From the human T2T-CHM13v2.0 reference genome, Homo sapiens: a stretch of DNA of 64,000 nucleotides. A program made the translations under genes and the position numbers. Below, in pieces: positions 1 through 12,171 of the stretch (positions within the stretch are counted from its first letter, which is position 1; every line of letters begins with the position of its first letter). The notes beneath the pieces are model-generated. The model saw nothing but the letters and a program-made list of their open reading frames with translations, had not been told where the DNA came from and searched no databases. The stretch is from the NCBI RefSeq assembly GCF_009914755.1, contig NC_060927.1; one strand, written 5' to 3'.

Positions 1-1139
1 TTGACACATTTTCTCAATATGTTCATAGGAATTCTCTTGTTTAATAATTTAAAGATATTATAGACTTTATAATACAAAAAAGCAACAGACAAGCTGATAT
101 TTTTGGTACGATATTATTTATAATTCAAAGAAATGTAAAGAGTATGCTAACTTGGAGATGTTTTGGTTGGAAATGGTGCCCACATTTGATGACTTTCTGC
201 CTCCCTTTCCGTTTTGTCTTTCCATGTGTCTTTTAAAAAATATATACTGTTGCAGTTTCATAGCTGTCAATGTCTTCTCTTTCTGAGGATATTAATTAAT
301 AAATTCTTCCTCCCTCTGTATAGTCATTCTTCAAGTTGCTTTTTTCTGACGCTTTCAGGTCTAGTAATCTTTGGTTGGTTGAGTGTATTTAATTGTGGAC
401 CAGGTTACTTGAATCTCCTAAGGCATTATTGCTTATTTATATACTGTCCAGCTTCCAAAGTTTATTGCTTTTACCTCTACTCCCTGTACCTCCATAATGA
501 TGTATTTATGACGTTTTACAAATTTTGCTCTATCATTTAAATAGGACTTTGGAAGGTAGCAGATGATAGTGTGTATTTTGTTCTCATCTTTACTTGAAAT
601 AATTTGCTTATTTAAATGAAAGCATCTAGACAGTAATTGAAACCATGAGTTGAGTTCAGCAAGTACTAAAGTCAATATGATAGCTTAAGAAAATGTTTTA
701 GCAATTATATTTTTATATTGATATAGATCCCATTAAACAGTCATATGGGTTCAGGAGTATTAGTTATGAATTATCACATGTATATTTTAATTAAAATACT
801 ATAGGGTTTTAAAATTAAATTATGAATTATTTAAGAATAAGCCTATTTTTATTTACTTAATGAGTTAGGTAGTTCTAATTAGGTAAATGTAAATAGAAGT
901 GACCATCTTAATGCCCTACAATGTAAGCAGTAATTCACAATTTGTAAAGATTTATAGGAGGACAAAATCAGTTTGATCTTGAATATGCTTAAATTTTGCA
1001 CGCTTGTACATTTCTCCCAACTTACCAAGTGGCACCTTCTAGGGAAACACGTTTCAAGAATTGTATCCTTAAGTTTTTACCAACTCCCCCCCAAATACTG
1101 TAGTAATAAGTGGCTTTGGCTTGAATAGTGGGATGTCCA

Positions 1140-1320
1140 CAAGTGTTAGAATCAGCTATACCTGGCTTTAGATCTTAGCTCCATTACCTTTTAACCATGT
1201 CTAAGAAGAACAAAATGCAAAATATTACTGATACCCTTACTTTGGAATTATTGTCAGGATTAAGTGAGATGAAATATGTGCAGTAACTAGAGCAATGTCA
1301 GACATTCAGATATTAGTTTC
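1140..1320 (+). mobile_element. MIR SINE fragment
   Basis: Degenerate MIR-like core (ttagaatcag...ttgtcaggattaagtgagatgaaatatgtg); boundaries approximate. Confidence 0.55.
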
Positions 1321-1704
1321 CTTCTCTTATAAGCCCCTATGTAGTTTTTATTTCTTTAGGATGACAGACATGAGTTCTCCCATTATTTTCTCATTGCCTG
1401 TGCTTTATTCATATTACCATCATTATCCTTCATTGCGAAGAATCCATTACATACTATAGTGAATTAACAATAAAATTCAAGATGAATTTACACAAAAAGG
1501 AGGATATTATTTTTACACAAATAAATATTAAGGTAATGAAAACAGTTTTGCTATTGTTGACAATCATTATAAAATTGTTTACCATGTCTTGTAATTTTAA
1601 AAGTTTAGTTTTTATCATTTAAAGACAGGTATTCTTATTAGACACTTGACATCTGTTAGTCTCAAAATTTGCTATGTTTTGGATCGCTTACAAGATTAGC
1701 TGAG

Positions 1705-2376
1705 TGTATTAGTCAGGGTTCTCCAGAGGAATGGAACCAATAAGATATATATACAAAAGAGAATTTGTTAGGGAGAATTGATTCATGCTATTACATAGGT
1801 GAAGCCCCGCCATAGGCCATCTGCAAGCTGGAGAATGATGGAAGCCGGTAGCATGGCTCTCTCTAAGTCCGGAAGCCTCAAAACCGGGTAAGCTGACAGT
1901 GCAGCTCTCTCAGTCTAAGGCTAAAGACCTGAAATCCCCCAAGAGGCTGCTGGTACAAGTCCCACAGTCCAAAGGCTGAAGAACCTGGAGTCTGATGTCC
2001 AAGCACAGGTGGAGGAAAAGATGTACTGTTCCAGAAGAGAGAGAAAGTAAAAAGAAGAGCAAGCAAACTGAATATCCCCCTTCTGTCTGCTTTGTTTTAG
2101 CTGTGCTCACAGCCAGTTGGCATGGGCAACTGTTCTAGTTCCTGGCCACTTTGTTCTAGACCCTGCCCACTTTGAGGGCAGGTCTTCCTCTCTCAGTACA
2201 CTGACTCACAGGGGTGCCTTGTTATATTTCCCAGGCTGGTCTCTAACTCCAGGCCTCAACTGGAGTTGTCATCTTCTCTGGAAACATCCTCATAGACACA
2301 CCCAGAAACAATACTTCAGCAGCCATCTAAACATCCCTCAATCCAGTCAAGTTTACACCTAATATTAACCATAACA
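1705..2376 (-). mobile_element. MLT2-family (ERVL) solo LTR
   Basis: Termini tgtattagtcagggttctc and caagtttacacctaatattaaccataaca match reverse-complemented MLT2 ends; perfect 5-bp TSD CTGAG (1700-1704 / 2377-2381). Confidence 0.9.
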
Positions 2377-2503
2377 CTGAGGGTAGTGAACATAGTTCAC
2401 ATAACATAGTTACAATAGCTTAGGTGCTAGATATTTCAAATACCTCATTCATTCATTGGCAACTACATCATCAGCCGGGCCTGGGGCTATGATGGTGAAG
2501 AAA

Positions 2504-3183
2504 TGTATCAGTTATTTATTGCAGCATAACAAGTTACTCCAAAGTATATTGACCTAAACCTTTATTATCTCATAGTTTTGTGGGGTAGGAATTGAGGCAT
2601 AGGCTGTTCTGTCTTGGGGTATCATGAGGTTGTTATCAAGATGTCTCCTGACGTCTTTCACATTGTATACTGTATGTCAGAGCATCATGTGCATCTTGAA
2701 TATATATATAATCTTTGTCAATATTACCTCAAAGCTGGGGAAAAAAGATGTCTGCTGAATAGCAGCGTTTAGTCATTTGAAGGCTTGACTGGGGCTGGAG
2801 GAACTACTTTCAAGTTAGCTCAGTCACGTTCCTGCCAGGTTGATGCTGGTTTTTGGCAGGAGGTCTCATTTCTTCCCTGTATAGATCTCTCCACAGGTTA
2901 CTCGACTGCCCTCGTGACATGGTGGTTGGCTTCCACCAGAGCAAACAGTCTAGAGGAAGGTGGAGGAAGATGGAGAGGAAGAGAAAAGGAAAGGAGAAGG
3001 GGGAGTCACAGAAGCTATCTAAAAAGAATACTCTCAAAAGTCACATAGCATCAGTTCTGTCACATTCTTTTTATGAGAAGGAAATCACTAAGACGGGCCC
3101 ATGTTCAACAGACCGAGATTAGACTCTGCTTTTTGAAGGGAGAGATATCACAGAATTCATGGATATATTTAAAAATCACCACA
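2504..3183 (-). mobile_element. MLT1F/G-like MaLR LTR, interrupted by a short L1 tip
   Basis: Reverse complement of the right end, tgtggtgatttttaaatatatccatgaattct...cccttcaaaa, resembles the MLT1F start; the left end is tgtatcagttatttattgcagcataacaag. Confidence 0.75.
2647..2744 (+). mobile_element. Very short L1MA-type 3' tip inserted in MLT1
   Basis: Ends tttgtcaatattacctcaaagctgggg plus an A-run; 9-bp TSD aagatgtct (2638-2646 / 2745-2753). Confidence 0.7.
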
Positions 3184-3649
3184 ATATAACACCTTTCCTT
3201 TCCAGATACTAAGTTTCACAGGTGACTTGAGACTACAGTTACGTTGGTAAGTTTATTATTGTCTAACACTGAATTAGAGTTACCAATTAAGTACCAAAAT
3301 GCAATGAGAAAGTGATATAAAAGCATTATGTGCAAAAGGCATGCCTTTTTTTTTTTTTTTTACAAAAATTCTGCTAATTTGGGGTATTTTTGAGTTGGAT
3401 ATCTTACTGTCTTTTCAGATTCAGAAGATTTATAATCAGACTGACTAAACACATCTCCAAACCTTCTAATTTCTTGTTCGTTATTGTTACATGTTTAGAC
3501 TGAAATAGAGAGGGAAAAGATATTACCAGGTTTACTGCAGTGTGGAAAAGCTGTTGGAGAAGAATGGGGAATGAAAAGGAAAGAGACAAGATTCTTTGGA
3601 CAAGGCAGAAGGAAGAAGTTGAAGGATTCAAGTTAAAGGATAACCCTGA

Positions 3650-3774
3650 GCCGGGCATTATGACTTCTACCTGTAATCTCAAGGACTTGGGAGACTGAGG
3701 CAGGAGGATCACTTGAGCCCTGGAGTTCAAGACCAGCCTGGTCAATATAACAAGGCACCCCTGTCTCTATAAAA
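3650..3774 (+). mobile_element. FLAM / Alu left monomer
   Basis: gccgggc...cctgtaatc...gaggcaggaggatcacttgagccc...gttcaagaccagcctgg, followed by an A-rich end; no right arm. Confidence 0.85.
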
Positions 3775-3910
3775 GTACATACATGCATGCATACTCATAC
3801 ACATAAAAGATAATGTCAGTTGATGGCATGAGTGTGAAAGCAGAGCTGTGTGAAACATCACTAAGGATAAGATAATAAGGATGTCATTATTCCTAGACTG
3901 TGTAGCATGA

Positions 3911-4515
3911 TTTTTTTTTAATACTTTCAGTTCTAGGGTACATGTGCACAACATGCAGGTTTGTTACATATGTATACATGTGCCATGTTGGTGTGCTGCA
4001 CCCATTAACTTGTCATTTACATTAGGTATATCTCCTAGTGCTATCCCTCCCTCCTGCCGCCACCCCACGATGGGCCCTGGTGTGTGATGTTCCCCTTCCT
4101 GTGTCCAGGTGTTCTCATTGTTCAGTTCCCACCTATGAATGAGAACATGCGGTGTTTGGTTTTTTGTCCTTGTGATAGTTTGCTGAGAATGATGGTTTCC
4201 AGCTTCATCTATGTCCCTGCAAAGGACATGAACTCATCCTTTTTTGTGGCTGCGTAGTATTCGATGGTGTATATGTGCCACATTTTCTTAATCCAGTCTA
4301 TCATTGATGGACATTTGGGTTGGTTCCAAGTCTTTGCTATTGTGAATAGTGCCGCAATAAACATACGTGTGCATGTGTCTTTATAGCAGCATGATTTATA
4401 ATCCTTTGGGTATATACCCAGTAATATATACCAGGTGTATATTTGGCTGGGTCAAATGGTATTTCCAGTTCCAGATCCTTGAGGAACCACCACACTGTCT
4501 TCCACAATGGTTGAA
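3911..4515 (-). mobile_element. 5'-truncated L1PA 3' end (about 600 bp)
   Basis: Poly(T) then ttctagggtacatgtgcacaac...; the minus-strand ORF track shows a remnant of the ORF2 C-terminus ([22 protein letters not shown]). Confidence 0.95.
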
Positions 4516-4574
4516 TTAGGAAACAGTGTAGCTCTCTACTGTAGATGGTTAATAAAATATGGAGAACCATTAGT

Positions 4575-4710
4575 GTAATCAGAGAGACTTGGGTTGCCAG
4601 TGGCTGCTTGTACAACCTTGGTCAGTTGCTTACATTCTCTGTGCTTTAGTTTCTTAATCTGGGAAAAAAAATGGATTGAACTAAATCATTTCCAGTGCTA
4701 ACATGTTATA
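4575..4710 (+). mobile_element. MIR fragment
   Basis: accttggtcagttgcttacattctctgtgctttagtttcttaatctg is a MIR-core-like motif. Confidence 0.55.
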
Positions 4711-4934
4711 CCTTTGGAAAGGAACTTAGATATAGTTGAAACAATTTGAATTTCTCTAGTTTTTAGTTTTTATTTATTTAAATTTTTTCTTTTTAAATCG
4801 TGGGTACATAGTAGGTATATATATTTATGGGATACAGGAGATATTTTGACACAGGCTTACACATCAAGGTAAATGTGGTATCCATCCCCTCAAGCATTTA
4901 TCCTTTGTGTTACAAACAATCCAGTTATACTCCT

Positions 4935-5347
4935 TCATATGGTTTGGATCTGTGTCTCCACCAAATCTCATGTTGAATTGTAATCGCCAGTGTTGGAGGT
5001 AGGGCCTGGTGGGAGGCGATTGGATCATGGGGAGTGGTTTCTCATGAATGGTTTAATACCATCAACTTGGTACCATCTTCATGATAGTGAGTGAGTTCTT
5101 GCCAGATCTGGTTGTTTAAAAGTATGTAGCACCTCCCTCCTCTCTTTCTCCTACTCATAACATGTGAGATGCCTGCTCGCCCTTTGCCTTCTGCCATGAT
5201 TGGAAGCCTCCTGAGGCCTCCCCCCCAAAAAAAGCTGCTATGCTTCCTGTACAGCCTGCAGAACCATGAGCTGATTAAACCTCTTTTCTTTATAAATTAC
5301 CCAGACTCGGATATTTCTTTATAGCAATGCGAGAACAGACTAATGCA
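4935..5347 (+). mobile_element. MSTA/MSTB-like MaLR solo LTR
   Basis: Starts atatggtttggatctgtgtctccaccaaatctcatg and ends agcaatgcgagaacagactaatgca. Confidence 0.9.
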
Positions 5348-6433
5348 TGAGATATTTTGATGCAGGTATACAATGCATAATAATCATATCAGGGTAAATG
5401 TATTCCTTCCCACAAGCATTTAGATTTGTGTTACAAACAATCCAGTTATACTCCTTCAGTTATTTTTACATGTATAATTATTATTGACTATAACCCACCC
5501 TGATGTGCTATCAAATACTGGATTTTTTTTTTTTAATCCGTTAACCATCCCACGTTTCCCCAATCATCCCCCTACCCTTCCCAGCCTCTGGTAACCATCC
5601 TTCTGCATTCTCTCTCCCTGAGTTCAGTTGTTTTGTTGATTTTTTATATTGTTTCTTTTGTTTTGATTTCATTTATTTCTGCTCTGATCTTTATAATTTC
5701 TTCTACTAAATTTGGGTTTGGTTTGCTCTTGCTTTCCTAGTTAAGATGCATCCTTGGGTGGCTTATTTGAGTTCTTTTTTGACGTAGGCAAAAAAGTACT
5801 GCTCTTTCTGTATCCCATAGGTTTTGCTGTGTTGTGTTTTCATTATCATTTGTTTCAAGAAAGTTTTCAATTTTCTTCTTAATTTCTTCATTGACCCACT
5901 GGTCATTCAGGAGCATATTGTTTAATTTCCATGTGTTTATATAGTTTTAAAAATTCCTCATTATTGATTTCTAGTTTTACTGTATTGTCATCAGAGAAGA
6001 TACCTGATACTATTTCTTTTTTGGTGGAGAATGTTTTGAGAATTGTTTTGTGGCCTTACATATGTTCTGTTCTTGAGAATGATTCATGTGCTGAGGAGTA
6101 CACAGCGTATTCTGCAGCTGTTGGGTGAAATGTTCTATAAATATCTACTAGATCCATTTGGCCTACAGTGCGGATTAAGTCTGATATTTCTTTGTTGATT
6201 TTCTGTCTGGATGATCTGTTATATCATCTTGCTAATTGACCCTTTTATTGTTATATAGTGACCTTCGTTTCTTACAGTTTTTGTCTTGAAATCTGTTTTG
6301 TCTGATTATAGCTACTCCTGCTGTTTTTTGGTTTCCATTTGCATGGAATATTTTTTTTCTATCCTTTTATTTTCAGTCTCTTTGTGTCTTTATAGGTGAA
6401 GTGTGTTTCTTGTAGGCAATGGATCATTGGGTC

Positions 6434-6731
6434 TTTTTTTTTTTTTTTTTTTTTGAGGGCATCTCGCTCTGTTCCCAGGCTGGCGTGCAGTGGCGCAATC
6501 TCAGCTTACTGTAACCTCTGCCTCCTGGGTTCAAGTGATTCTCCTACCTCAGCTTCCTGAGTAGCTGGGATTACAGGCGCATACCACCATACCTGGCTAA
6601 TTTTTGTGTTTTTAGTAGAGTCGGGGTTTCACCATGTTGGCCAGGATGGTCTCCATCTCTTGACCTTGTAATCCACCCACCTCGGCCTCCCAAAGTGCTG
6701 GGATTACAGGTGTGAGCCCCGGTGCCCAGCC
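6434..6731 (-). mobile_element. AluS (AluSc-like), nested in L1MA
   Basis: Full dimer with poly(T); contains ccaggatggtctccatctcttgacct, an Sc-type diagnostic. Confidence 0.92.
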
Positions 6732-7181
6732 TGTCTTGTTTTTTTAATCCTTGCATCCACTCTGTGTCTCTTGATTGGAGAGTATAGTCCACTTACATTC
6801 AGTGTTGTTACTGATAAGTAAGGATTTGCTCCTGCCGTTTTGTTACTTGTTTTCTGGTTGTTTTGTGGTCTTCTCTTCCTTCTTTCCTGCCTTCCTGCCT
6901 TCCTTTTAGTGAGGGTGATTTTCTCTGGTGGTATGTTTTAATTTCTTGCTTTTAGTTTTTTGTGTATCTTTGGTATGTTTTTAGATTTGAGGTTACCATG
7001 AGGCTTGTAAATAATATAACCATTATTTTAAACTGAAGACAGCTTAACACTGATTGCATAAACAAGCAAACAAAAAGGAAACTAATAACTCTAACTTGGT
7101 CTCTCTGCTTTTTAACTTTTTGCTGTTTTTACTTATATCTTGTTGTACTGTCTATGTCTTGAAAAGTTGCTGTAGTTACTC

Positions 7182-7478
7182 TTTTTGTTGTTGTTGTTAC
7201 AGGGTATTACTTTGTCACCCAGGCTGGAGTGCAGTGGCACAATTACAGCTCACTGTGGCCTTGATTTCCCGGTTTCAAGTGATGCCCCCACCTCAGCCTC
7301 CTGAGTAGCTGGGACCAAAGGTGCACACCACCATGCCTGGCTAACTTTTATATTTTTTGTAGATAACGTGATTTCATCATGTTGTCCAGGCTGGTCTCAT
7401 ACTCCTGGGCTCAAGTGATCCTCTCGCCTCTACCTCCTAAAGTGTTGGGATTACAGGTGTGAGCCACTGTGGCCCGCC
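7182..7478 (-). mobile_element. AluJ, nested in L1MA
   Basis: Diverged dimer with J-type ctcctgggctcaagtgatcc and a (TTG)n tail. Confidence 0.9.
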
Positions 7479-10400
7479 ATATTATTATTTTTGTTGGGTT
7501 TATGTTTTTATCTTTCTACTAAAGATATGAGTAGTTACATCACAATTAGTGTTATAATATTCTTTGTTTTTCTGTGTACTTACTATTACCAGTGAGTTTT
7601 GTATCTTCACATCATTTCTTCTTGCTCATTAATACCCTTTTCTTTCAGATTGAAGAATTCCTTTAGCATTTGTTGTAGGACAGGTCTGGTGTTGATGAAA
7701 TCCCTCAGCTTTTGTTTGGGAGAGTCTTTATTTCTTCTTCATGTTTGAAGGATATTTTAACCAGATATGCTTTTCTGAGTAGAAGTTTTTTTTCCTTCAG
7801 CACTTCAAATATGTCATGCCACTCTATGCTGGTCTGTGACGTTTCCACTGAAAAGACTGCTGTCAGATGTATTGGAGCTCCATTGTATGTGACTTGTTTG
7901 TTTTCTCTCACTCTTTTTAGTATCCTTTATTCTTGAACTTTGGGAGTTTGATTATTACAAGCCTTGAGGTGGTCTTCTTTGGGTTAAATCTGGTTGGTTT
8001 TCTATAAACTTCTTGTACTTGAATATCGACAGTCTTTTTCTCTAGGCTTGGGAAGTTCTTTGTTATTAGCCCTTTGAATAAACTTTCTACCTCTACCTCT
8101 CTCTCTTTACCTCCTCTTTAAGGGCAGTAACTCTTAGGTTTGCCCTTTTAAGGATATTTTCTAGATCTTGTGTTAGAAAATTTTGGTGCAGCTGAGCTGG
8201 CATCAAAACCACAAGACAAACTTCTTCCCACTCTTCCCCTCCCCTTTCCCCAGGCAGAGGAGTTTGTCCCCATTCCATTACCAACACAGGCCCACGGGGA
8301 GTACTGCTAGGCTACCTTTGATGTTCATGCCGATTTTCTAGGTGTGCTTCATTTTTTTTTTTTTTTCATTTGTCTCCTCTGACTGAAAATTTTCAAATAG
8401 CCTGTCTTCAAGCTCACTAAATCTTGCTTTTGCTTGATGAATTCTATTATGAGACTGATACATTCTTCAGTATGTCAGTTGCATTTTTCAACTACAGGAT
8501 TTCTGCTGGATGCTTTTTAATTATTTCAGTCTCTTTGATGTATCTGATAGGATTCTGAATTCCTTCTGTATTATCTTGAGTTCATTCAAAACAGCAATTT
8601 TAAATTCTTTTGTATGAATCGTTGCATAACTCTGCCTCTCCGAGATTGGTCTCTGGTGCCTTATTTAGTTCATTTGGTGAGGTCATGTTTTTCTGGATGG
8701 TCTTAGTGCTTGTGGATGCTCATTGGTTTTGGGGCATTGAAGAGTCAAGTATTTATTGTAGTCTTTGCAGTCTTTGGTTGTTTGTAACCGTCATTTATGG
8801 GAAGGCTTTCCAGGTATTTGTTGGAACTTGAGTGCTGTAATCTAAGTTTGTAGTCCCTGCAACTGTATTTCCATTAGAGGATACCCTAAGCTTAGTAATG
8901 CTGTGATTCTTGCAGACCTGTAGAGGTACCATCTTGGTGGTCTTTGTTAAGATCTGGAGGAATTCTCTGGATTACCTGGCAGAGACTCTTGTTTTCTTCC
9001 TTTACTTTATCCCAAACAAATGGAGCACATTCTCTCTGTGCTGAGCTACCCTGGAGCTGGTGGAGAGGTGACACAAGCATCCCTGTGGCCGCCACCCCTG
9101 GAAATGCACTGGCTCAGACCTAAAGCCAGCGCAGCACTGAGTCTTATCCAGGGTCCCCTGTAACCACTGACTGGCTACTGCCTGTGTTTGCTTAAGGTCC
9201 TAGAGCTTTGCCGTCAGCAGTTGGCAAAACCAACCAGGCTTCAGGGTGATGCCTTCCCTTAGGTCCTGTATGGGTCCAGAAATGCCATCCAAGAGCGAGG
9301 GCCCGGAGGTGGAAACCTTAGAAATTTACCTGGTTCTCTGTGCTACTGCACCTGAGCTGCCACCGAAACCACAAGACAAAGTCCTTCCCACTCTTCCTTC
9401 CCCTTACCCCAGGCAGAGGAGTCTCTCCCTGGTCCATTGTCACCACAGGCCCACAGGGAGTACTGCTAGGCTACCTCCAGTGCTCACCTAAGGCCAAGGG
9501 CTCTTCACTTAGCTTGTGGTGAATGCTGCCACACTTGCAATTCCCCCCGTAGGGCAGTGGTCTCCCCTCTGCCCCAGGACAGGGCCAGAAATGCTGTCCA
9601 AGAGCCAAGGCCTACAACTGGCGACCCCAAGAGCCCACTTGGTGCTTTTCTCTATTGTGGCCGGGCACAAGACAAAGTACCCTTAATCTTTCTTCTACTT
9701 TCCTCAAGCAGAAGGAGTCTCTCCCATAGCCACCACAGCTGGGAATGTTCTGGGTCATACCTAATGGTGGCACGCCTCAGAGTCTCGCTCAAGGCCCACG
9801 GCATGTACTACCTTGGCTACTGCTGCTGATCATTTAGGGCCTAAGCGCTCTTAAGTCAGCAGGTGATGAATCCTGACAGGACTGGGTGCTTCTCTTCAAG
9901 GCAGTGGGCTCACTTCTGACCCAGGATATGTCTAGAAATGTCATCCAGGGAATTAGGGCCTGGAATGGGGACCTCAGGACTCTCTCTGGTGCCCTATCCT
10001 CCTGTGACTGAGCTGGTATCCAAGTTATAAGTCAAAGTCCTCTTTACTGGTGCCTTTCCTCTCCTCAAGAAGAAGGAAAGGGCCACTTTTGTTGCTGTGA
10101 GCTGTGCTGCCTGGAGTTGGGTAAGCATGGTGCATACGCTCCTTTAGCCTCCTTGGCTGGTGTGTCACTAGGTCATGTGTCCCCCCAAATGTGCTGGCTC
10201 TGAGCCCAGCACGGCACTAGGACTTGCCTAGGAATTGTTGTCCTTGTGGCCTAGACAGCCTTTCAAGTTAATTTAGAACTGTGGGGGTAAAGCTTGTGAA
10301 AGTTCCAGGCTACTGGTATGGGCAGTTCCCCTGTGGCTAGTGCTGGTCTCAATGCCTTCTTCATGGGCATCACCTGAGTTCTGCCCAGCATTGCTTTCTG

Positions 10401-10516
10401 CTGTGACAGGGCATCAGTGAGTTCCAATGCAAAGCCCACAGTTGGTGTGCTCTCCGTCCCCCAAGTGCACAGATTGTCTCTCCGCACCATGCAGTCTCTG
10501 CTGGTGGATGGGGAGG

Positions 10517-10870
10517 TGTATTAGTCTGTTTTCACACTGCTGATAATAACATACCGGAGACCGGGTGATTTATACAGGATAAAGGGTTAATTGGACTTAC
10601 AGTTCCGCATGGCTGGGAAGCCTCACAATCAATGGTGGAAGGCAAGGAGGAGTAAGTCACATTTTAACTTGAATGGCAGCAGACAGAGAGAGCTTGTGCA
10701 GGGAAACTCCTCATTGTAAACCCATCAGGTCTTATGAGACTTACTCACTATCATGAGAACAGCACGAGAAAGACCTGCCCCCATGACTCAATTACCTCCT
10801 ACCGGGTCTCTCCCACGACATGTGGGAATTCAAAATGAGATTTGGGTGGGGACACAGCCAAACCGTATCA
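10517..10870 (-). mobile_element. THE1A/B solo LTR, nested in the L1MA 5' UTR
   Basis: tgtattagtctgttttcacactgctgata...gggacacagccaaaccgtatca; perfect 5-bp TSD GGAGG (10512-10516 / 10871-10875). Confidence 0.93.
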
Positions 10871-11231
10871 GGAGGGGTGATGTCTGCAATTCAAGACCCT
10901 CTTTCTTACCCTTTTCAGTGCCTCTTTCAGCAATATGAAGTTAAAACCAGGTACTGTGATCGCTCACCTGATTTTTAGTTCTTATGAAGGTGCTTTTTTG
11001 TGTAGATAGTTGTTAAATTTGGTGTTCCTGTAGGGACGACAATCAGTGGAGCTTCTATTTGGCCATCTTGTTCTGACTCCCTCTTATCTAGGTTTTAAAA
11101 AACAAGTTTCCTCCCTACTTTTTGATTCTAATGGATAATTCCAAGCTTCTCTAGTGTGTTTAATGGTTTTTTTAAAAAGGTATTTATTTATGACAGGGTT
11201 TTAAAAAAATTTTTTTTATTAATGAATGAAT

Positions 11232-11360
11232 GACAGGGTCTTGCTCTGTCTCCCAGGCTGGAGTGCAGTGGTGTGATCACAGCTTACTGCAGCCTCAGCC
11301 TCCCAGGCTCAAGTGATTCTTCCACCTGAGCCTCCTGAGTAGCTGGGACTACCAGCAACA
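11232..11360 (-). mobile_element. AluJ right-arm fragment
   Basis: gacagggtcttgctctgtctcccaggctggagtgcagtgg...gtagctgggactac. Confidence 0.85.
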
Positions 11361-11500
11361 CAGCTAACCTTTCATTAAATGGAAGCCAATAGCAAATCAG
11401 ATTATACAATTAGCACTAAAGTTGCTATTTAATCAATATATATTTTAAGAAATATATTCATCAATAGGTTATAACTTGAAAGTGTTTATTAGAGAAACAA

Positions 11501-11876
11501 TGTATTGGTCCATTTTCATGTTGCTGATAAAGACATACCCAAGACTGGGTTATTTATAAAGAAAAAGAGGTTTAATGGACTCACAGTTCCACGTGGCTGG
11601 GGAAGCCTCACAATCATGGCAGAAGGCAAAAGGCACGTCTATGTGGTGGCAGGCATGAGAGAAAATGAGAGCCAAGTGAAAGGGGAAACCCCTTATAAAA
11701 ACATCAGATCTGGTGAGACTTTTACTTACCACTTATTCACTACCACGAGAACAGTATGGGGGAAACTGCCCCCATGATTCAATTACCTCCCACCAGGTCC
11801 CTCCCACAACATATGGGAATTATGGGAGTTAGCATTCAAGATGAAATTTGGGTGGGGACACAGCCAAACCATATCA
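11501..11876 (-). mobile_element. THE1B/C solo LTR
   Basis: tgtattggtccattttcatgttgctgataaagacatacc...cagccaaaccatatca; TSD aacaa/aacac (4 of 5 match). Confidence 0.92.
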
Positions 11877-12130
11877 AACACTTCCCAAAATTTACAAGCA
11901 AGAAAGAGTTAAAATTGGAAATATATCTGTGTAAATAACAATCTGCCTATACATTGTCTTATAAATTAATTTCTCTTTACATAGTTTTGAGTATTATTTT
12001 AAGATTGCATCTTTTCCAGTGTTCCTTTTCTCAAAAAATGTTTTCATGAGGAAGGAGAATGTTGTGTGTTTAAGAAGCCAATGTATATTAAATTGAGAGA
12101 AACTGAGAGTCTTTTACTTTTACTTTATAG

Positions 12131-12171
12131 GCAGTAAAGTATTTACAAACCATGACTGCTTATTTAAAACC
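12131..12171 (+). other. Candidate 41-nt cassette exon (unverified)
   Basis: Strong acceptor cttttacttttactttatag| and donor ACC|GTAAGC, in non-repetitive sequence. Confidence 0.25.

Larger units (their letters stand above)
4765..11085 (-). mobile_element. Old L1MA (L1MA2/3-like) retaining both ends, with a large internal deletion and four nested insertions
   Basis: 3' UTR at 4800-5630; ORF2 N-terminal region 5640-7000; ORF1 remnants in minus-strand ORFs 7705-7911 and 8093-8287 (KQVTYNGAPIHL, KRANLRV); long 5' UTR; 5' terminus reverse complement aacaagatggccaaatagaagctcc near 11050-11073. Confidence 0.88.

Noticed and set aside
3895-4535. Possible TSD or insertion-mediated deletion at the L1PA 3911-4515
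   Set aside because: Only gtgtagc is shared between the flanks and it is not flush with the ends; this cannot be resolved without an empty-site orthologue.
9340-10080. Three spaced acaagacaaagt-like repeats suggesting an array
   Set aside because: They are explained by the repeated monomers of the old L1M 5' UTR; not CRISPR-like and not novel.
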